Positions 49,969-61,899 of a stretch of DNA of 64,000 nt are shown here, piece after piece. Position 1 is the first letter of the stretch, and the number at the start of each line of letters is the position of its first letter. Both the position numbers and the translations under genes were made by a program. Location: NCBI GenBank assembly GCA_040954595.2, contig CM082585.2, positions 14,814-78,813 of the forward strand, given 5' to 3'. Origin of the DNA: Balanoglossus misakiensis (taxonomy: Eukaryota; Animalia; Hemichordata). The notes beneath the pieces are model-generated. The model was not told the DNA's origin. It saw only the letters and a list, made by a program, of their open reading frames with translations, and searched no databases.

Positions 49969-51688
49969 CTGTGGGATGTGCAGTCAAGATATTGTCAAAA
50001 TTACAGAATCTACAAACTACACTCCACAGTCATGTACATGTATACATGACAACAACCAAAGGGCTGTTTTGAAAAACCAAATGCTGTGAAATCCTTTAGA
50101 GTGTGACAAGAAACCACAGTTGCAACCGAAAACAAAAATAGTGATAACATTAAGCTAGCCCAAAGTTTGAGTTACCAGGGCTTTAATATGTGTACCGTAC
50201 TTATATTATATAATACATAACAAGTGGTTTGCATTGAATAAAATAATATTGGTTTGTACTTACGCATTGTACATGTGGCACCAGTGAAGCATTCGGTACA
50301 CATACAGTCAAACAGGAAACAGCCGTCTCGCGCAACGCATGTGCCACCATTTTGACAAGGCATAGAGTATAACTGATCAATGGCTGCCAAAACAAAAATG
50401 AAAGTATCAATTACCTGCTTGTCAAAAACTTGTACATGTACTTGTGATGTTCATTTCGTTTAAATATGTGAGCAATGTCTTCATTCCTTGTTTCAAACCT
50501 GTACATTTAAAATAACATAATGATGCTATTGCTAGGATTTTTCTGTAAGAATCTTGAAAAATTAAAAAATGTGCCATCAACATGATACAGAAGGCTTACC
50601 TTTTTAACGTGCACCTCACACTCAATTTTGACCCTACATCAGCAAATTTTGAAAGGATGAAACTTAGTAATGTTTCCACCCCATTTATTGGTGTATGGGT
50701 CCATCTATCACATTGAGAATACCAAAAATGAGGGTTTATATACCACGCTGTGTCATAAAACAGTAATTCGACACACCTACGGCACAGATGGCCCCAGTCC
50801 AACACTACTGGCAGTAACAGGTGTAGTCACCTCATGGACACCTCTCTAATCAGAACACCTAGTATTTCAAGCCAAATAGTAAGGATAATTAAGGACGTCT
50901 CTTTTACTTAATACTCAGATGTGTGCACCACCTTAGGAGAGATTACCTCACATGCACAATTATCTCTACAGACACTAGTCTTCAAGAGGCAACTCTTGTA
51001 TATTTGAGTGATGAAAACATCCAGCTTCGTACACTTCCTCACAAGTTCGTGCCTATCCTAAATTGCAGGGACATACAAATGAAATTTCTGTTTTCTTTTC
51101 CTTTCTTTTCTCTTGGGGAAATTTTAGAAATGAGAAGTTACCACACAATTCAATTGCTATGAAGAGAAAGTGCCCAAAAGATTGTCATTTACGGTACGTC
51201 AGAAACTTACATATTTCACAACGGTTACCCTCATAGCAACCAGTACAGGCACAGGTATATGCCGTGCAGGAGTTGGCCACTGCATTACATACAGCCCCGT
51301 TGAGACAGCTGTTTCGCTGGCATGGACTTTGGACTGCAATAAAAAGTGCAACCTATTGTTATCTCAGCAATAGAGCAGTTCATTTACTGAAACTGCCAGC
51401 ACCCAATATTATCCCACATGTAATCCATATGTGGAAATCAAATACACCTGCAACAGTTTTAATTTACCATGTGGGTATTTGCATGGAGGGCCATGGTATT
51501 TGTTATCTACTGATAAAATACCCTTCAAAACAATATCCTCATTTCTTCAGAAGTTTGGCAACAAGACCAATAAAATTTGAAGTTTCACATCAAAATTTAC
51601 AATGCATAAATATGCTTAAAGATCTACGGAATGAAGATTGCTTGTTTGTTTGCAGGGTGTCTTGAAAGTATATACTCACTTGTTTGAC

Positions 51689-52578
51689 CATGGACACTAG
51701 AGAAAGAAGGACGCGCAACTCCAGTTTTTTCTTGAAATGATGTTCTTTTGCATACATTATTTCCAGGTAAATCCCAATAATCCAATTTGCAAATAAACTA
51801 TGTATAAACTAACGCAAAGTCTCGCGTTTTGCGTGAAGTTGTCACAAACAACTTAGAACATCTCGCAGAAGACGAGAAAACTGCAACGTGGTTGAACGCA
51901 GCGATCATTTATGGAACACATCTGGACAAGTTAAACAGGAATTTGGCACCTCTGAGTCTGACAGCGTCCAAAACAAGCATCTTTTGTCTAACAGTCCGGG
52001 TATTTCACAAGGCTGTGAGCTAACCGTACCGAGGGTTGCCTGGCGGCCATAGCGCACACATGAAAATCCACCCAGTTTGTTTACAAATTGTTTTCGTGAA
52101 ATCTGTTTTATTGTTCACGCACTGCGAAATAAAATGCCCCTAAACCACACTTTTTATTTCAATGCTTCACACAAACATAAAATTATTAAGAAAAGTGTTA
52201 GCGTTACCAAGAAATATGAGTGCCCAGTCGGACATGCAAAAAACATGGATGATTTGTTTACAATTTTTAAATGAAGCTTGTGGCACTAGAAATGACCGTT
52301 CAACCGACAGACGAACACCAAACCATAATAATTAGCACAGACATCGTAATACTTTTTAGAATTTTAGAAAAAAACGCAGTGGCTGCTGAAATGCAGGAGT
52401 GCCAGTTTGGTGGCAAGTTTTCGCATCACTGGTGGGGTCGACACGTGCCGAAGTAAGGAAGTCATTGTCCAACTGTCCTGGGTGTTAATTATATGCAAAA
52501 GTACATCATCATACAGATAATCCCCAAACCCTTTGATCTTTGCCGCAGTTGCTCGTCCTTCTTTCTCTAGGGTCTATG
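51689..52578. mobile_element. P-like MITE, duplicated copy
   Basis: Same TIRs and GTTTGAC TSD as 33284-34164. Confidence 0.85.
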
Positions 52579-53600
52579 GTTTGACAGATGTCACCTGTGT
52601 AAGAGTTCACACACTGGCATGAATAGAAATTGCACGATGTTTGCTGGCAAAATCCACCATTCATACATGGGTTGGGATCACAGGGGTTTTGCACTGGAAA
52701 TTAAGAAAGGACGCCATTTTATTCCCTGCTACTCATTCTACAGTACAGATATGGCAAAAATCTTGCAGAATTATGGCAAGGGTGTGTGGAGTGATTGTGC
52801 CTACAACTTATATTAGGCTGGTATCAAGTTGTTCACACCTCCATAGATCATGTGGCAGTGACTGTGAGTCAAGGGCTTCCCTTCATGAAATCAAAGACCT
52901 GTGTACTGGAGGAGGGTTCCTTGCAAATGCTTGACTTGACTTCAAGCATACCTGTAGACTCATATGCAAATTTACACTATCTGGCCTGGAGTGAGAATTT
53001 CCATAGTGGATGTGCGTTGACAAAAGGCAGTAAAATTGGCCAGTCGCGCATAATGTTTCTTGAACTAAGACAATCAAGACATTATGCGCTACAAAAGTGA
53101 TTTTGATTGGGAAGAGTGTAATCTTGCATTCGATGTCAAGAACTCTCCAAGCTCTGCTGTGGTGATGGCTACACCTATGCTCAGGAAACATGCAGTATTT
53201 GAATGCATCAGAGACAAAAGGTAAAAGAGACTGCGCTGTATACTTACATATCTCACACCTATCACCTTTGTAGCAACCAGTACATATGCAGGTGAGATCA
53301 AAGCAGGAATTTCGAGCCGGTTGACAGAAGCCACCATTCTGGCACGGATTTGGTGGACACTGGTTGAGTCCTACAAGGAAAAGGGTCAAATTTTCCATGA
53401 TCATCAATGTCATGTGATTATGAATGTATGTAAGTGGCTGAAAAAAATTCCCAGGGGTGAGTTTCCTACAAAAATTGTGATGTGACAAACCGACAAATTA
53501 GCATATTAGCATAATCAGAATAAATAAAAAAAATGCACAGGTAGTTTAAAAGAACAAACACTTTGGAAACGGAATAGAGCTAAGCTGCTGTCCCTTTCTA

Positions 53601-54063
53601 ATTGTTACTCGTTCAAAAATCACCTGTCACATCACTCCAATTTTGTATCAGTTGCACTGGCTACCTGTTACAGAGCGTATTGTTTTTAAGATGTTAGTTC
53701 TCATTTTTAAATCCATTCATAAACTTGGTCCAATCTATCTTTCTAGCATGACTAATCTATATGTTCCGTGTCGCAATTTAAGGTCAGCTTATCAGTTCAA
53801 ACTCTGCCCTGTTCGATCACGCACCAAGAGTTATGGTGATCGTGCTTTTACTGTTGCTGCTCCAATTCTTTGGAATAATCTTCCACTCACCATTCGCCAG
53901 GCACCAGACTTATCTGTTTTTAAATCAAATGTTAAAACTTTACTTTTTAAATCTGTTTTTTAGCCATTTGTTGTATTGTACTTTTGCTTTAAGCATCATT
54001 GATCACATTTTTTGTGGATACTGATGCTATACAAATAAATTATTATTATTATTATTATTATTA
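53601..54063 (+). mobile_element. 5'-truncated L2/CR1-group LINE insertion with (TTA)n tail, copy B only
   Basis: LHWLP..RI.FK..YGDRAF..AAP.LWN.LP motifs, TSD TTTCTA (53595-53600, 54064-54069), and an empty site in copy A near 35160. Confidence 0.92.
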
Positions 54064-55468
54064 TTTCTATTTTTGTGTTTGTACAACATCAGTGAAGTTT
54101 AAATCATAATAAAAAAAAATGATAATTATCATTATTAACTGCTATAGATTCAAACTTACTTGTCTCACACCTGGTTCCCTAGTAACACTCTGTGCACATG
54201 CCAATGGTGGCAGTACAAGAATTTGCCTGTTGTTGGCAGGTACCTCCATTGAGACAAGGACTAGTGAAGCATGGATTAGGAACTGGAAGACAGGAATTCA
54301 AAATTTTATACAACACTTACCTATGGTAACACCAGTACACGTTCATTATTTCTCTGTTATGTTTTTATACTGGTGATTTTACTGTTTTTATTACCGATCA
54401 TATGACTGACTTAAAGATGATGATGATGATGATGATGATAATGACTACACCTGCTATTATTACTACAATGTACCTCAGCACTTAGATTTTTTAATAAATG
54501 ACAAAGTACTGTACTCACGTGTTTCACATGTGAAGCCCATGTAGCAGCCAGCACATTGACATGTGACGCCTGTACAAGATCCCTGGATTGCTTGGCAAGT
54601 ACCAGCATTCCGGCATGGGTTAAGGTTTGTGTTCGCACGGATTCATTGCTGCAAATGTACACAATATTTACAAAATAAAACAGTATACAACTGTAAGTAT
54701 TTATAATAATCAATTGTGAATATCACACCAATCAAGGCCTTTCAATGCACCCTGATTGCTGAGAGCTGAAATACGTGAACCAACGTGTATTTGTTTTCAC
54801 TACTATATCACATGACATTCTGCATCTCTTTTCCATAGTTGTAGTCTGCACCCAACATTGTATTCCGGGGTAGCACTACACGGAACCCCGAAACTTTTTC
54901 GTCATCATCCGAGTACTTTTCCCAGCATGCAGTTGCCAAGATGGCTGCACAGGGAGTTTTTAATTTTGCACTGGTATACAATTTTTTTATTCGTCAATTT
55001 CACAGACACGTGCATTGCACATCAAAATTTTGCGTCAGAAGTGAGGACAACTTAACTAGGTACCAATGCAATGTGGTTTTAGGCGGATTTGAACTTTTCC
55101 TTTAATGTAACAGTTGTATTGACATGCGATTATCATACTGAACATGAATCAATCTCAAAATTGCTAAAAATAAAATAATTCAGAACATTTAGATTCTACA
55201 ATGGTGAAAAAATATGACAAACCTCCCAAAATTCTTATTTTTGAGGCCATTTTACAAAAATCTACGAGCCTGGCAAAATCTGAAAGAGGTGCTAGATAAA
55301 GGGCGCTTTTTCAAAACTCTAGATGGTTGACCCCCAATTTTTATTCCATAGATTAAATGTTTAGAAGTCATAGTATCATCAGTATTAATTTAAACATGAT
55401 CAGACGACCCTTTATTTCGAGGTGCGCAACACCTTAAATATGTTTTTACGACTAAGATGACTACAAAC

Positions 55469-57657
55469 CTGGTAGAAGGGGAGTACATGTTGTTGATGGT
55501 CCCAGAGAGTAGGTTCTTGATGTGCAGGCAAGTGGGTGATGTTGCTGCACACTGACAGCCTGGATCGCAAGGGGTACAGGATACTTCTGTGGCTGTGTCA
55601 GCATAATAACTTGATGGACAAGGAATGGGGCTGTCTGACCCATCTGGACAGTAGTTACCTACGCCGCAATCAGCACATGTCATGTCTGTAGAATAACAGC
55701 AGCTTGTGTAGTGAGTGTTTTGCCGATATGACAGAGTTCAAGTATGCTTATTTGGTTAAATTTTAAAAGGAATATCACCCGCTGTTTTAGAGTTAATATT
55801 GCGAAAGGGACTTCATAAGTTGTCTGAAAAACACCAGTTTCCCCAATTTTCACTAATGTATAGGAATACATGAGAAGTCGGCCAGATTAGAAGTCGGCCA
55901 GTACGAGAAGTCGGCCAGTTGTTGAACTTGTACCCGAATAGTGCAGTGATGACCCAGATTACTTATAACAACACTTAATAAAATATAATTGCACTAAATA
56001 TTTTCATTTGGACGGATTTCCCAAATTCTTGACAACACAATGGCGTCATTTCAAATAATGGCGTCTGGCATCCGTACCGTTTCCCCAGCCCCGTATCCGC
56101 GTAAGGAGCTTAGGTTGTTCGCCAAATTCCTGTGACATTTCTGATTAAAGGGACAAAGTCTCTCTCTCGCGAACCTTTTTCCATTAATTATGTTTGATAC
56201 AAGACACCGTTCACATTATTCATGTGGATATATTGAGAATCCACATTCAACTACAGACAAATTCCATCCCGTTTGTAGGATATGAGTGTAAAAATCCCGC
56301 CAAAATGAATAAATGGTAAACACCGATTATTCATTTTCACTATATATCCACATTTAGAATAAATAAATGGTGTCTTGTATCAAATATTATTAATGGAAAA
56401 AGGGCAGCGAGAGAGAGACTTTGTCCCTTTACAGGGAGTTGTTTCAAAGCCTACTAAAATACATAGAAGATGTATGTGTATATGCATACTTTGAGACAAC
56501 ACCAAACAGACAAACGTGACGAGGAACTGACTACTGGCGCAGCGCAAGAAGTGCAGGTGACTGATGTTGACGTACCCCGGTGACGTACATGCAAAGTGAA
56601 CAGACAGTTTTAAAATTCATCGGCTATTTGTACAAATATCTCAGCTCCTGTACATCAAGGAAACATTTCGTAGTGAAACAGTTATATATAACACAAAGTA
56701 CCAGGGTTCTCTCCCAAAGGCCGACTTCTCGTACTGGCCGATACCGACTTCTCATACTGGTCGACTTCTCAGGACACCATGTATAGCATAGCTGTTGAAC
56801 TCAAAAAATATGTAAAACTACAAGTGATGTAAACAACTTGTGGAACCATGTTCAAATCGAGACCAGAAGAAAAGAGATTTCAAGACTTACCTCCTTCAAC
56901 ACTTTACTGCCCTGTAGCGCACTGTGTGACACTTGTAGTTGTGCATTCATAACCAGAAGGACGTGGCCGAACCTAGCGAGTATGAACCTATCACAGAAAA
57001 AATTCAAAGAACGATTGGTTTGGTCCAACGATCCCTTATTAGAGAGATGTCCGTAATCACAGGTGTTACTGTACAATACCTCTTCAGTGGAATCATTGTG
57101 TTTCTCAAAGTGCATCACAATATCAACTCCAATGAGCATAACAGTTTAATTTTCTGTGTATGTCATGCTATAACACAGGGAAGTCACAAGAGTGATTTGC
57201 AGCCCAACTTACCAGTAACTGTTGAACAATCCACTACGGGTGACATGGTTGGACACTTGGATCCTGCTGGACAAGGCGTGCATGTGCCGTCGCCTTCCAT
57301 AGCATATTCACCATTGCCACAGTCAAGCGGATCTTACATTGGATCTGAACACGATTGTCCAGCAGGGCACAGAAGATGGGATGTGCGTGCAGACTCCTCA
57401 CTTATTTCATCTGATCAAAGAAAATGAGGTTTTTAGTGAAGTATTTGTGATACAGTGTCATTTAAAATAACAAATTACTTGAGATGATTCACTTGATAAT
57501 TCTGAGACAAGTATACAGGCATGTAGAAAATTCTTTGGAGGACATTAAACGTCATTTCTAATCAACCATTTTCTGAATATCATAAGACTCTGCGAGATCT
57601 CACATGGCTAACCGGGTCTCGCAAGATCTCGCACCGAGTTGATAATCTGTTGTAAAC

Positions 57658-57693
<36 letters not shown>

Positions 57694-59030
57694 ACACATA
57701 ACCCCAGTCGCACTGACTTGAAAATCTGTTGTAAACACATACATGCATACAGACATACCCCTCAGTTTCATCACACAGCAAACTGAACAAGTACCACAAT
57801 CTTACCATTTGTACATCTGGTACAGTTTGTTGCACTAGCCAATGACACGTAACCCTTGGTACACTTGAATTGCGATGCACTGGGATCTGTGCAGGCGTAC
57901 CCTTGATCACAAATAGTACACTGTTCAGCACCGGCTGATCTGTAAATCAAACAAAGAATTAACACACCAAGTTAACCTTTAAATACCACTGTAAAAATTT
58001 GGCGCAAATTTTAATTATTTTCATAAATAGAGGTCTATTCAAATTTGGAAAATTTGTCATTTTTTCATTCATATATTATATCAGTTAATTTTAAATACAG
58101 AAATGGAAAATGTTCCCATCCTATTTTTCAGTTAGTAAATTACCTGACCTAATGTTTGATGTTGGAAATAAAGGTGGGTGGGTAGAAGTTTACCTGTTAT
58201 GCAAGAGGTACAGCGAGACATCCTTTGTCCAAGGCCGAACTGTAATAACCAGCCGAGCATAAAATCACAGTGTTACCATTTGGACATTGGTTACCAGTTG
58301 GCCAATCAGCACATGATGTTTGTGCTGAAAATAAACAGAGATTTATAGAATCTTATAGTCACAGTCATACCTTCAAAGACGTCGGATTCTCACGCGGGTT
58401 GGGGAGACAAAAATCCCTGGCAAAAGATTGAGGACAGGAAAATGCCAAACCAGAGATATTGGTAACAGAAACTGTATACAGTCAATGCCATATGACAGTG
58501 TGCTGTTCTAACAACAGACACGATCGTGACGATCATAGTCTGTGACGGAGATTTGGAAAAGAGCAAATTCGGTGAAAAGACGGGACAAAACAAAAGTCTA
58601 CTTTATATACGATGCACATGAAAACTGGATGAAAGCGAAGCAGTCCACTATTTGAATGCATTGGATGTAAAATTGGCAGAATATTTGGACTGGACGTAAT
58701 GTTTGTACGCACAGAATTACGCACATGCACATAAGATGATCGTCCGCCTTAAGTGAAAGATTACACAGTAATGCCCAAATTTTAAGTGCTGACTCACCCT
58801 CTATATTAGTGTAGTATACATCTTCACACACCTCTGGCTCCGACATACCATCATATTGGCACTTATACCCGGGGCAGGACAAGGCATACAGTCTATACTT
58901 CCATTGTTGGCAAAATATCCCTGTCCACATTGTGTTGGTGATGAGAGGCTGGCTGTTCCACACATGAAACCCTTGGACACAGAGTGCATGCTTCAGAACA
59001 TGCTGAACTATAACTTCCAGCTGCGCAGTC
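55469..59030 (-). pseudogene. GCC2/GCC3-like exon cluster, copy B (55469-55685, 56891-56987, 57213-57410, 57806-57934, 58194-58324, 58798-59030)
   Basis: Motifs TCADCGVGNYCPDGSDSPIPCPSSYY and CTICDQGYACTDP; stops or frameshifts in most exons. Confidence 0.82.
56149..56428. mobile_element. 280-bp palindromic MITE at a TTAA site (Kolobok-like termini), copy B only
   Basis: TIR AGGGACAAAGTCTCTCTCTCGC with flanks TTAA/TTAC. Copy A shows the empty site CTGATTAAAGGGAGTT near 35696. Confidence 0.88.
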
Positions 59031-59513
59031 CTGTAGGAGTGAAGATGTCAAATATTAGGGAGGTTAAGGAGCCCTCTAGCCAGCAAACTTCATCAAGGAT
59101 GTACGCGCAGAACATAAACTAGAAACACTGCGCGCCCGGTCTTTTTCCCATAGGATTACATTGATAATCGCCAGAAAACAAACTTCTACTATTGTCATTT
59201 TCACGAAATTTTACACATAGCTCAGTCCAGCAAATATAAATTCATTGGTCAAATAAAATATAGGGGTCACCGCGCTCTTTTTTGAGATAAATTGCGTTAA
59301 GAATTTTGCCCATAGACAAACCATTGGTGAAAAATGCTGAGTCAGCAGATTTCTTCTATTATCGACCAAACTCATGGCTCTGTATTTCAAAAACAAGCCC
59401 GGTGACCCCTATATTTTATTACGGATTTTCATTATACATACAAAGGAGAATAAAAAAATCCACAATTAAAAAAAATGACAATACTTTCAATTTTACTGAA
59501 CGTACATCCTTAA

Positions 59514-60668
59514 AGTGGAACGACACCCTCAATTTTGGGCTTCAAAGTACAATCCGGGTGTCAAAAACGGCAACGTTCCGATGGGTTAATTCACTTTCAC
59601 TTCCTGCGCAAGCAGTAGACGCGCGTTGAAAATACTACAGTGACGTCAGCAACTTACACGTTCGACGTGTCATTTCCAATAAACAGACACATTTTGCGCG
59701 GATCTGACATGGCGAAATGTCAAGTTCATGATTTTAAAAACATATTCGGAAAATCGACGGGGATAAGTTTCTTTCAAAGGCAGTGCTCTTCGTGTACTAG
59801 TATTGTATTTGTCGATGCGTGCAGACATAGACCCTGCAATGTCCATGATGCCATGCATGTCGACGTTTATGAACAAACCGTAAGGCCTATACAAAGTTGT
59901 TCTAACTGCCGCTGATAATAATAAACGTACCGTATTAAATCCTTCCTGCACGTTTTTTGGTACACGTATTTGGGTTTAATTTCCATTTATTGACGATCGC
60001 ATAGTTATCAAATGAAAGCAACTAAAAAGGGCAGTTTTAATACATTTCAAGAGACGAAACATGCATACAATAACTATAGCATTGGCTTCCATTATACTAC
60101 GGACGTACTACACCTGGAGAGCAGGACGATGCACCTGCGTTCTTTTCAACTCCATAAAAGGTGACTAAGTATTTTTGTAAGAAAAGTGGTTCGAAAAGGT
60201 GACAACGAGGGAGAGACAACGAGGGAGGGTATTGTTTAATTGCAGCATTGTCTGTTTCACCATAGACTCTAGGGTCTATGGTTTCACTGAAACCACACCA
60301 AGTGTAAGCCTTGACAAACGGGACACATCGGAGATCAGAACTGCATGAACTTTTGTCCTCTGTAAAATTCAGTCGCTTGGTCGTAGAAGGGAATCTCTGG
60401 TTCAAAATTGTAGCCTACTACCCGAGAATATGTTGCTATGCTAACGTCGTCGGTCGCGTGAGTGCAGGCGTGTATAAGCATAAGCTCGCTCCAACGCGTC
60501 GGCAGCGGACAACAGTTGCTGACGTCACTCACTTCCGGGTTCGCGCAGTTTTTGGCTGGCTGTAGCTCTGTTATGCGTAAGTGAAAGTGAATGAAACCAA
60601 CGTTTTTCATAGTACTTTTTAATCGCATTTCGCAGAATTGGCTCAAAAACGGATCACAACGTTCCACT
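59514..60668. mobile_element. Internally deleted Kolobok-like DNA transposon
   Basis: TTAA|AGTGGAACG ... CGTTCCACT|TTAA termini, a THAP-like start MAKCQVHDFKNIFGKSTGISFF at 59709 (+), and a KolX-like YNFEP motif on the minus strand. Confidence 0.65.
60261..60280. mobile_element. 20-bp ends-only remnant of the P-like MITE family
   Basis: CATAGACTCTAGGGTCTATG flanked by the 7-bp direct repeat GTTTCAC (60254-60260, 60281-60287). Confidence 0.8.
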
Positions 60669-61082
60669 TTAATGTTACTTATGTAGTGGAGCACCAAAAC
60701 CCAAATTTTCATATCGATTGTGTATTTTGTGATAAAAATACCAAACTTGGCTCAGATGTGTGTTAATGTGTACTGAACAAATTCAGATAGCGAGTCACTA
60801 AATATCTGTTGAAGAGTTTCCATGGCAACCAATATTTTTCAAAATGGCCGTCAATACAGATAATCACACCTGTTAAACACCAAAATAAATTCAGATTACA
60901 ATATTTGAAAAAAGAAACTACGGAAAGAATGGTTTGCAATAGAACTATGGTTATTAAACTACAAATGTACTTATAAGGGTAACTAAGGGATCAAAACACA
61001 GGTGCAACTTTCAATCCCTGGTTCTCGCATTAGTATAGGTGCTCCTCCCAGTCAAACATTATGGCTAGTTGCGATATTTAAC

Positions 61083-61899
61083 TGGAAAGGGCAGTTCACG
61101 AAATAAAAACCTGGATGACACATAATAAACTTCAACTCAATGGTGGCAAAACCGAGGTACTCCTGATAAGGTCTCAGTTCAACCGCTCGCCTCGTCCCAT
61201 AAACCACATGAGCATTGGATCATGTTGTGTTCAAATTGTGAATTCTGCACGGAATATAGGTGTGACATTCGACGACAATTACACTTTCAATAAGCACATT
61301 AATGCAATTTGCAAGTCAATTTTCTTCCATCTGCGTCAAATCAGCCACATTCGCCGTTACCTCACTAAGGAAGTTTGCCAGATGCTGGTTCATGCTCTAA
61401 TCACATCAAAACTGGACTACTGTAATGCACTACTCTGTGGTTTACCATCATCATGCATGCTACAGCATGCCCTGAATTCTGCAGCCAGGATCGTTTCTCA
61501 TACCCGTAAAACGGATCATATTACTCGTGTTCTCATGGATTTACATTGGTTGCCTGTACACTATAGAATCCAATACAAGATCTTGCTTATGACATATAAG
61601 GCATTAAACAACACAGCACCAGCTTACATCTCTGACTTAATCCATCTGAAAACTTCAACAAGACTTCTTCGTTCAAATGACAAATTTCTACTTCATGTAC
61701 CGTATATCGCCCCACTCATTTGGAAGAGTGCCAATAGAAGTATGCCAGTCACCTAGCCTTGACAGTTTCAAGAAACACATCAAGACTTATCTGTTTAACA
61801 GAGCCTATTAACATAACTTTACATTGTAAAGCGCTATTGAACACTATTGCAGTGGAGTTTGGTGCTCTATAAGTCATTTTGATTGATTGATTGATTGAT
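61083..61899 (+). mobile_element. 3' part of the duplicated L2-group LINE (copy B)
   Basis: Matches ~40540-41404, with the same (TTGA)n tail and 3' flank. Confidence 0.92.

Larger units (their letters stand above)
50264..54648 (-). pseudogene. EGF-like exon cluster, copy B (50264-50383, 51211-51333, 52579-52693, 53248-53370, 54160-54282 with TAG, 54519-54648 with +7 frameshift)
   Basis: Hand translation, e.g. QSPCQRNSCLNGAVCNAVANSCTAYTCACTGCYEGNRCEI at 51211-51333; AG/GT boundaries. Confidence 0.87.
30349..59030 (-). pseudogene. Decayed, partly duplicated multi-exon gene(s) for an extracellular Cys-rich protein: GCC2/GCC3 (ephrin-receptor-like) repeat exons followed by tandem 8-Cys EGF-like exons
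   Basis: More than 25 minus-strand AG..GT-bounded, mostly phase-1 exons translated by hand. Many carry stops, frameshifts, broken splice sites or TE insertions. No start, signal peptide or terminal exon seen. Confidence 0.85.

Noticed and set aside
54820-54960. Possible extra minus-strand exon between the GCC and EGF clusters
   Set aside because: No convincing Cys pattern or splice-site pair could be read.
30349-59030. Assigning a gene name (Notch, fibropellin, crumbs, SVEP1, SCUBE)
   Set aside because: Only generic EGF and GCC modules are visible, with atypical Cys spacing and no diagnostic domains.
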